Origin: Eledone cirrhosa
Lineage: Eukaryota
DNA length: 64,000 bases
Assembly (NCBI GenBank): GCA_964016885.1
Contig: OZ024764.1
Location: 22,816,001-22,880,000, forward strand
Direction of reading: 5' to 3'
Position 1 is the first letter of the stretch. Each line of letters starts with the position of its first letter. This document shows positions 53,568 to 64,000 of this stretch, in pieces. The notes below the pieces were generated by a model. The model saw only the letters and a list, made by a program, of their open reading frames with translations, did not search any database and was not told where the DNA came from. The position numbers and the translations under genes were made by a program.

Positions 53568-53654
53568 TTAGCTGTTCTATTTTAATTACATTTACTGATT
53601 TCAACTTTCATTTTTTTATTACAAACTTTACATAATTTAATTCCGTAAAAATAT

Positions 53655-53800
53655 TTTACGTCACAAAAAAACTTGACCTTTGACATTGAAGCATGCGCAG
53701 TGGTGCAGTTGTCGACTTCCTGTCCACGTGTCAGTCTTCCTACAACATCATTTAGACAACATTTCTGTAAATACTAAACACCTGAGACTATAATGTAAGT
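53655..53800 (+). promoter_or_regulatory. Putative promoter and exon 1 of ZNF-D
   Basis: Full motif cluster. Donor at 53795. Confidence 0.65.
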
Positions 53801-54310
53801 ATTATGTCTATTAATATTGTAGATTTAAGCTCACTTTTCACATCACAAATATATATTTTCTTGTTTGTTTCATTACTGGAAATATAAAATGTTATCGTAA
53901 TTATCTATATTTTACCTACCTCTAATTAATTAAAGTGAAAACTTTTGTTGTTGCTGAAAAATAAATTAACAAAACTAAATATTTAAATATTCTAAAGGTC
54001 GTTTTTATATTATGTGATGATATAATTAATATATTTTATTACAATTGTATAAATTTACAGTAGAATAACGTTGTAAATATGTCTTAAATATATACATAAA
54101 TAACATAAGTGTGTAAATAACATTATAAATTGTGGGCAATTCCTTGAGAAAGACATTACAAATATATTGTCTAAACTGTGTATAATAATATAATTTATTG
54201 AACAATAATGATAAAGGTAAGAAAAACATAGTGGGAGATGGCAATTCACCACCAGGTGTGATAATAGGCCACACCTCACACCTTGAGGAAAGCCAACACA
54301 CTGGCAGCAT

Positions 54311-54529
54311 TACTAAGGTGTTGAAATAACCAGGTACCCTCACGGGTATCACCTGGTACCTCGGTAAGGTGAGGCTAAGGTGCTGAAATAACCAGGTACC
54401 CTCACGGGTATCACCTAACACCTCGGTAAGGTGAGGCTAAGGGGCTGAAATAACCAGGTACCCTCACGGGTATCACCTGACACCTTGGTAAGGTGAGTCT
54501 AAGGGGCTGAAATAACCAGGTACCCTCAC
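54311..54529. repeat. 62-bp tandem repeat, 4 copies
   Basis: Same unit as at 18610. Confidence 0.88.
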
Positions 54530-55267
54530 GGAAACGACTAGATTTGTAGAAAAAGTAGGGTGAAAGTATACGAAGAGATATAGTTTCACAGATCTACTCA
54601 CACCTCACGTTGGGTGGGAAATAATTATTTTTCTTAGATTTTTTTCTAGACCCCTTTTCAATATTTTCTCTGAACCCCTTAGATACTTGCAATAGACGTT
54701 TTATTCGCCAGTATTAGGGTTAGGGTTTCCGTTTTCAGGAAGAAAAGTCGAGAAATAAAATTAAGGAAAGATAATTATTTCCCAGCCAACTGGAGAAGTG
54801 TGTAGCTCTTCTAAACTCTGATAATCCTGTCTCCCACTTCTTTATCTACAAATCTAGTCGTTTCCTGCTACTTTGAAGGCCCTATTTATTGATAACACCA
54901 CTTGTAAATCTTTGTCAACTTTTCATACGTAAATTGTGAATCAGTTATTTTAAAACAAACTATCAAAGAAGTGATCTCACAGTAACTGTGTTTGATTTAA
55001 TCAACTTATTCCCCCCAAACATTGTCGACCTTGTGTCTAAATCAGAAACTATTATAAGATCTTAAATCAACCCCGTAAAGATGAAGGGCAAAGCTAACCT
55101 CGGCGGGATTTCAACCCTTTATGTTATGAGTTCAAATCCCACCAAAGTTAACTTTGTCTTTCATTCTAAAGGAGTGGATAAATTAAAGTTCCAGTAATCT
55201 ACTGGGGTCTGAGATATTAAGGTTTGAGTAGATTCTATCTTTTTGTGTGTTTGTATTTATAATCTAA

Positions 55268-55412
55268 CTAGAAACCCTGTGACCTGTTGGGTCACGTTCC
55301 CTTTAAAAATAATATTTAAATAATTAAAATGTACACAGACATGTATATAATGTAAAATGAAATTAGTAGGCCCATGTATATATATATATATATATATGCG
55401 TGTGTGTGTGTG

Positions 55413-55497
<85 letters not shown>

Positions 55498-55650
55498 GTC
55501 ACTTGTTCTAATTTTATAACTTTGTTCAACAGCACCACCAGCTATCTCTCTCACACACACCCATTATCTTTCTCTCTCTATTTATAAAGGTACCAGAAAA
55601 ACCCCATATCTCAGGAACCTGTGCATTGATTTACGTGAAACTTATTTTAG
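55268..55650 (-). mobile_element. Helitron-like H1 copy, truncated
   Basis: CTAG end at 55268. Deletion after 55649. Confidence 0.65.
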
Positions 55651-56139
55651 TCCACCCTGGGGGGGGTGTTAGTGTTGGTTCAGTCTACCCTGAGGGGTGT
55701 CAGTGTTGGTCAATGATAACCTTTATAACTAGAGGCCTGTTGGTGAGGACAAGCTGGAAGTGGTGACATCTTTCTGCTACCTGTGTGACATGTCAGCTGG
55801 AAGTGGTGCCAAGTTCACTGCCATCGTGCTGTGCCACTCCACAGGTAACAAGTTTAGGCAGCTTCTCCTAATCCTCAAGACATGCTGGCTACCATTAGAC
55901 ACCATGGGGCAGATTTATAACACCTGTGGGAGAAGTGTGTTGTTTCATACCAGCGAGACCTGGGCCATGTTATCTGACTGTCTGAATTGACTCTGAAGAA
56001 ATGACAGAGCTATGATCCACTGGATGTGTAGTGTGACCATTGAGGATGATGTCAGCTCAACTGAGCTCCTAAAAAAACTGCTGATCGACAACCTCAAGGA
56101 TGTGTTTCACAGGAGACACATGAACTGGTATGGCCATGT

Positions 56140-58744
56140 TGTGCATTCTCTCTCAACTCATCTATGCTTGGTCGTTGATGCACATTGACATTGCACATCC
56201 AACGGAGCATACTTGCTTCATTTCTCTCCAGCCATCGCATATCCTCCACAGTTGCTGTCCATGTCTCACTACCGTGCAGCATCACACATCTCACGCAGGC
56301 ATCACCAGCCATTCGTTCTTAGAGAGAAACCCTTCTTTGTCAACATAGGAAGCAGCTCCCTAAACGTCTTCCAACCTGTCCTTATTCTAGATACTATGGC
56401 CTCTGAGCACCCTCCTCCCATGCTAATCTGATCACCTAGGTATCGGAAGCTATCAACCACCTCTGTAGATCCTTCCTGCATTTGAAATATGTGTCTATCA
56501 ATGCGACTTCTACTGTCAAATGTCCCTGTACATCTACTGCATATGTAGTTTTCCCTACCTGTTAGTTTGCCTGCTATCCCACTACATTTCTTGTGTACCC
56601 AAAATCTGCATTGTGTACATTATAGAATTTATGCCAGTTCCTTTTCTACATATTGAACAAGGCCATTTCCCTGATGGAATGACAGTTTTGTCCTCTTTTC
56701 TACTCAACACTTTTGTCTTAGCTAGGTTCACTCTCAGTCCTCTTGCTTCCAACTGCTGTTGTAATGGCCAGAATTTATGCTCTAGCTCCTCTACTGATTC
56801 TGCTATAAGAACCACATCGTCAGCCTAGAGAAGTTCCCATGGGCAGCCAGTCTTAAACTCCTCTTTTATGGCTTGGAGGCTTATAATAAACAAGGGCGGG
56901 CTGAGGACCGACCCTGATGTACTCCTACTTGTATCTGGAATTCCTTATTAAACTCCATGCCTACCCTCACTTTACTGACACCACCTCTGTACATAGCTTG
57001 CATTGTCCTCACAAACTATTCCTCTACACCTAGTTTCCTTAGGGACCACCAGATGACAGATTGGGGTACTCTATCTAAGGCCTTTTCTAGGTGAACAAAA
57101 GCTAAGTATAGTGGTTTATTCTCTAAGAACCTCTCTAGTAGTTGTCTCACTAAGAAGAGGGCATCTATTTGACCCTTTCTCTAAGTTGCGCTAGTATTCT
57201 TTCTGTCACTTTCATAACCTGATCCATCAGTTTTATGCCCATATTATACTCCTCTCCAGAACATCCCCTTTACCTTTACCTCAATTTATGAGAATACTGC
57301 TGCACCAGGCTTTGGGTATGACACCACCATATATAGCTTGATTAATGATGCATGCAACCAGTTTACTTGCTACATCCCCTGATACCTTCAGCATCTCAGC
57401 AACTATCCCCAACAGTCCAGCAGACCTCCATTTTTCCTTTCCTTAATTACTCTTGGACCCTATAGTTGTCAATCTCAATAGCTGGTCCTTCTGTCGGGTC
57501 TACTGAAGGTAGACCCGACATTTCCAGGCCTCCCTTTTCTGATCATTCGTGACACTAAGTACATCGGCATCATCCCGGACAGATTTATCTCCAACAACAT
57601 CCTGATTTGCACTGACACACTGCCCTGCAATGTGGAACACTGCACGCCTCTGATCTTCCCGTCGCAGAACATTGGCAAACCTCCTACTCTCAGCCTCCCT
57701 GCATGCTAAGTAGACCTGACATCTAGCTTCTCTCTTAGTGGCTGTGTATCGGTCTCTACCCCTACAATTTTTCCAAACATTCCATGCTAGTCTTTTGTCT
57801 CTAATGGCTCTATCTACCGTGCTGTTCCACCACCAGGTCACCCTCTGTCTGGTTGGAGCTCTGCTCCAGCCACAAGTTTTATGAGTAACCTGCAGTAAGT
57901 TGTCACGTAAGAAATTCCAGTTATCATCTATGTCATACGACGCTAAAACGTCTTCTTTTTCATCATACACATCTTGAAGGGCTTGCCTAAATTTATATTT
58001 TAGTGAAAGGTCTTTTAGTTTCTAGACCTTCCTTTTTCACACCTTCTTGTATGTCTCTCTTTGTCTCTTGCTTACTGAGATATCACTAACGACTAACCTA
58101 TGTTGGGGGATTACATTGTTCCCTGGGGTATGCCTTAGTATTTGACACCATCTATCTGTCTTACTCCCTAACTAGCAAGAAGTCAATCTGTCTCATGTGC
58201 TCACCTGATTGGTAGGTTATTAGGTGGTTGGTAGGTTTCTTGAAGTGTTGCAAATGGTTAGTTCACTTGCATCACAAAATACAAGAAGCTTCACTCCTTC
58301 GTTTCTTGAGCCATAACCATGACCACCATGTACCCCAGTGTATCCATCCTGGAGCTGTCCAACATGACCATTGAAGTCCCCTGCTATTATAACTAGGTCT
58401 CTGTCATTGTGGTTATCTCTACTTATTCCTTTTCTACATATGGAGCAGGGCCACTTTCCTGAAGGTGTCAGGGTCTTCTCTCCTATCCATTAGCACTTTA
58501 GTTTTGGATAAGTATATTCTCAGAACTTACCATTTCAAATTCTATATCTATAGTTGGTCATCTACATAGAGAAGTTTCCATAGACAGCCAGTCTTAAACC
58601 TCTCTGTTATGGCTTAGAGAACTATGATGAACAACAGTGGGCTAAGAACTAAACCATGATGAACTCCTACCTGTACCTTCAATTCCTCACTAAACATACT
58701 TTACTGACATCTTCTCACAAGCCATTCTTCTACACCTAATTTCT
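56140..58744 (-). mobile_element. Decayed RTE LINE(s), antisense in the intron
   Basis: Paralogous to 23640-26248 (ORFs 57500-57970 and 56582-56815). Confidence 0.9.
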
Positions 58745-58956
58745 TTAACCCTTTAGTATATAAACTGGCCATATCTGGCCAGAATTCTCCCACATCTTTC
58801 TGTTCAAACTGGCCGTAACTGGTCACTTATACTTATGTTAAGGTATTGTTCTCAAATTAAGTAACATCAAAATCTCATCGATTTGATATTATGTGAGATA
58901 AAGCATTTACTGTGAAAATATAATAGTAAATATAGAGTAATGTGAATACTAAAGGG

Positions 58957-59489
58957 TTAATCTAATGTCACTAATAACTACTTTTATCAGTCAGTTTAAT
59001 CTAATGTCACTAATAACTACTTTTATCTGTCAGTATAATCTAATGTCACTAATAACTACTTTTATCAGTCAGTTTAATCTAATGTCACTAATAACTACTT
59101 TTATCAGTCAGCATAATCTAATGTCACTAATAACTACTTTTATCAGTCAGTATAATCTAATGTCACTAATAACTACTTTTATCAGTCAGTATAATCTAAT
59201 CTCACTAATAACTACTTTTATCTGTCAGTTTAATGTAATGTCACTAATAACTACTTTTATCAGTCAGTTTAATCTAATGTCACTAATAACTACTTTTATC
59301 AGTCAGTATAATCTAATCTCACTAATAACTACTTTTATTAGTCAGTTTAATATAATGTCACTAATAACTACTTTTATCAGTCAGTTTAATCTAATCTCAC
59401 TAATAACTACTTTTATCAGTCAGTTTAATCTAATGTCACTAATAACTACTTTTATCAGTCAGTTTAATCTAATGTCACTAATAACTAAC
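58957..59489. repeat. 39-bp tandem repeat, about 13.5 copies
   Basis: Same unit as at 26458. Confidence 0.95.
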
Positions 59490-60426
59490 CTATGTTAGTC
59501 AGCACATTCTTCACCTAAGAAGGCCTTAGTATTTATTACAGTCCATTTATCAATATAGAAATATTATATGAAATTTGTACTGATGTATTACAAGTTTCTA
59601 AGTATCTTATAATGTTCTTTTATTATTTCAGAATACCAGAGGACATTGGCATTAAAGAGCACGTTACATCAGTCATATCCTCAACATTAACCATTTCTAA
59701 TGAAAGACACTACCCATCATTTTCAAATAATTTTGAAAACACTCAACACTTTGAAGGGATTTAGTAATATAACTAAATTTCTCAGTATTAAGCTGCTATT
59801 TGGAACATAACTTTGCACAATCTCATGAAGTTACAATGGAAAGTTTTTAGATAAATATAAAGACTGGTATGAAAAGGATAAAACACTTTTATATCAGTTG
59901 TTTCATCAACACTATTATTTAAAGACTAAAGGAAGCTGTTATACAGAACAGATACAACCTTGTTTATATAAATCTATGGGAGAAATACTGTGAAATATTT
60001 CTTGTAAACTCAATAACCCTTCTATTCTTTGCTGTCTGGAATATGTAGAAGATACAAAATAAAGCTGAAGAAATTTACACATGATTTTGTAAGATCTTCA
60101 TATATTGACAAAGTTGATAGTTGATGGAACTACAGGAGTAGAAATATTTCCATTTTTACAGGAATAACTAATCAAATGAAAACTAGAAAAATTAGATTCT
60201 TCACTGTCTGGAATATAAGATGATTTTATATGTATATTAAACTTGAAGACATCAACAAAACAGTTTGTATCATCTTTAAATATAAAGAAAGACCAACTTG
60301 ATGGAAATATATCTGGAGGAATATGTTTTAGGAATAATATTATAAACATAAAGAAGAAAAATATCCATATATTGCGAGGAGAAAAATATTAAAACTGTGA
60401 ATTATGTGAGAAACTGAGGTGATTGA

Positions 60427-61308
<882 letters not shown>

Positions 61309-61567
61309 CAGTAGTACCTTAACCATTTTAACCATTTGATATTGTTGTTCCCCTCCTGTCTCTTCAGGTCTTTTAGATTTCAACTTCTATCTACTGTACT
61401 ATTCCATCACCAAGTCAACATTCATCTGGCTGGCAGCTTACATCAACTACAAATCTCATCAGTGGTTCACAACAGGCTGTCTGAAAGAAACTTCCAGATA
61501 TCTTCTATGTCAGAGCCATCAATCTCCTCCTCCTTATCATATGTATCATGTAGAACATCTCTGAATT

Positions 61568-62345
61568 TATATTTAACAGGGAGATCTTTTACTGTCCCTA
61601 CCCTTTTCTCTAGGTTGTCTTGTACCTCTCTCACAGTCCCTCTAGATCTTATATTTAACAGGGAGATCTTTTACTATCCCTACCCTTTTCTCTAGGTTGT
61701 CTTGTACCAGTCTCACAGTCCCTCTAGATCTTATATTTAACAGGGAGATCTTTTACTGTCCCTACCCTTTTCTTTAGGTTGTCTTGTACCAGTCTCACAG
61801 TCCCTCTAGATCTTATATTTAACAGGGAGATATTTTACTATCCCTACCCTTTTCTCTAGGTGGTGTTGTATCTCTCTCACAGTCCCTCTAGATCTTATAT
61901 TTAACAGGGAGATATTTTTCTATCCCTACCCTTTTCTCTAGGTGGTGTTGTACCTCTCTCACAGTCCCTCTAGATCTTATATTTAACAGGGAGATCTTTT
62001 ACTATCCCTACCCTCTTCACTAAGTTGTCTTGTACCTCTCTCACAGTCTTTCTAGATCTTATATTTAACAGGAAGATCTTTTATTATCTCTACCCTTTAT
62101 TTAGGTTGTCTTGTACCTCTCTCACAGTCCCTCTAGATCTTATATTTAACGGTGATATTTTACTATCCCTACCTCTTTCTCTAGGTTGTCTTGTACCACC
62201 CTCACAGTCCCTCTAGATCTTATATTTAATAGGGAGATATTTTACTGGCCCTACCCTTTTCTCTAGGTTGTCATGTACCTCTCTCACAGTCCCTCTAGAT
62301 CTTATATTTAACAGGGAGATCTTTTACTTTCCAACCCTTCTATCT
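61568..62345. repeat. 82-bp tandem repeat, about 10 copies
   Basis: atttaacagg at 61571, 61653, 61735, 61817 and onward. Confidence 0.92.
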
Positions 62346-62673
62346 CCAGATAGTCTTGTATATGTCAGTCCCTCTAGATATTACACCTAGTATCTAGTCT
62401 ATGTTGAGTGGTACGTTCTTCTACAGTAAAGGAGTTAATATTCCCAACCATCTGTCTATCCTGTTTTCTGATGAGAATGAAGTCAATCTAGTTTATCTCT
62501 TCACATGATTGAAGTAACTAGATCAAGTAACTAGATGGTTTCCTCTAAGTTAGTGTTGCAATGTTTGTGTCACCATGTAAGGTTTATATCTATTAATATA
62601 GAGATGTAGTAAAGTTTTCACTGTTGTATCTCTATTTTCTAAATATCTTAATAATGTTTCTCTACTATTTCAG

Positions 62674-63062
62674 AATATCACATGACCTTGACAGAAAAGA
62701 GTCTTTTAAAGACAACAGAAAGATGTTACATACAAGTGATATAAACTTGTTTAGTCTGTGGTGAATTATGGTGAAATATTTCTTCTGATTTGAGATAAAT
62801 AACAACATTTTCCTTTTTCACTGTCTGGAATATTTACAAGATGACTTTACATTCTGATTAAACTTTGGATATTTACAAAGGAGTTTTCAAAATATTTGGA
62901 TATTGACAAAGATCACATTTGGTAAAATTATGAACAATAGAAATATTTACATCAACATAGGAATATTTTCCAGAAGAGATGGGAAAATCATTATACCACT
63001 GTAATATTTGTGGTAAAATATTCTCTCTTCTTTATATGTAGAACATCTAACTAAACACTTTA
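62674..63062 (+). pseudogene. Relic ZNF exon copy
   Basis: Duplicate of 1632-2015. Confidence 0.7.
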
Positions 63063-63169
63063 ATTAACAAACTATTGTGCTATAGAATTGACAAACTTGA
63101 GCAATGTTTAATAAATGTTACAGATTTCTCCAAACTATCATTTACTAACGTTAATTTGAAGCTATATTA

Positions 63170-63531
63170 TCTCTATACTACTAAAACTCTGTGATTGTGT
63201 CTTGTCTGTAATTTAATACAGCTAAAACAGTGCATAATGGGGAAATACTTTGAAAGGAATAAAACAAGATTCGTATAAATTGGGGCACAGGTTCCCAAGA
63301 TACGGGGGTTTCTGGATACCTTCATAAATATAGGGAGAGAAAGAGATAGTGGTTGTGAGAGAGAGGGAACTGTGGTGTTGTTTAATAAAATATGTGTGTG
63401 TATATATATATACGTATGTGTATATATATATATACGTATGTGTATATTTTAACTATTTAAAAACTATTTTAAAATGACTTTTAAAAAATAGTTTTAAGGG
63501 AACGTGACCCAACAGGTCCCGGGTGGTCTAG
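63170..63531 (+). mobile_element. Helitron-like H1 copy
   Basis: TC...hairpin-CTAG|T. Confidence 0.7.
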
Positions 63532-64000
63532 TTTGTTACTAAATACTAGATATTAGAGGGTCATGTTGTTCTAGATGTGCTGGAAGAGCCATTCCATCTT
63601 GTGAGGTTCACACCAGCAGCTAGCCACCTCAGCACCTATGGTGGTATATTTATTATATTATTTATTCTTTATCATTAACATTAATATAAAAGATAATTAT
63701 ATATTTTTAGAGAAGAACCTCTAATTTTATATAGCTTAGGGCTTCAGTAGGTAAAAGTCTGGCCCGTCTTGTCTTGTATTTTTTAGGGGAGAAGTTAGGG
63801 AATACTGTTATTGTGTGAAAGTTTTCTAAATCTTCAGCCACTAACATGGAGAAGATATTTCAGTAAGAAGGTTCACATCCTGACATCTATAGCTGTTAAC
63901 AATGAGATTGGAATTCATTATTAAACAAATGTTATATCATCATCACTGTTTAACATCAGTTTTTCCACACTGGCATGGGTTAGACAAGTTATCCTGTTGT

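Overview
This is AT-rich, microsatellite-rich animal genomic DNA, most likely Octopus (inferred from the zinc-finger codon pattern and the SINE/RTE content). It is part of a tandem cluster of C2H2 zinc-finger (ZNF) genes built by segmental duplication of a roughly 14-19 kb unit. Three complete single-exon ZNF ORFs (9, 13 and 10 fingers) and the 3' end of a fourth lie on the + strand. Each unit carries a conserved promoter-like motif cluster, a short non-coding first exon, a TE-filled intron, the ZNF exon, and a downstream relic ZNF exon. Flanks of the units are nearly identical by eye, while the finger arrays differ in number, order and DNA-contact residues. Mobile elements include a young RTE LINE, decayed RTE, CR1-like and CRE-like LINEs, hAT (Charlie/Buster-type) and Tigger transposons, two non-autonomous Helitron families, piggyBac and hAT MITEs, SINEs and several long foldback elements, one with an unusual 6-bp target duplication. 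Five copy-number-variable minisatellites in the unit trace to retrotransposon sequence. One unit has kept its promoter but lost its ZNF exon. Coordinates of decayed elements are approximate and identities were judged by eye.
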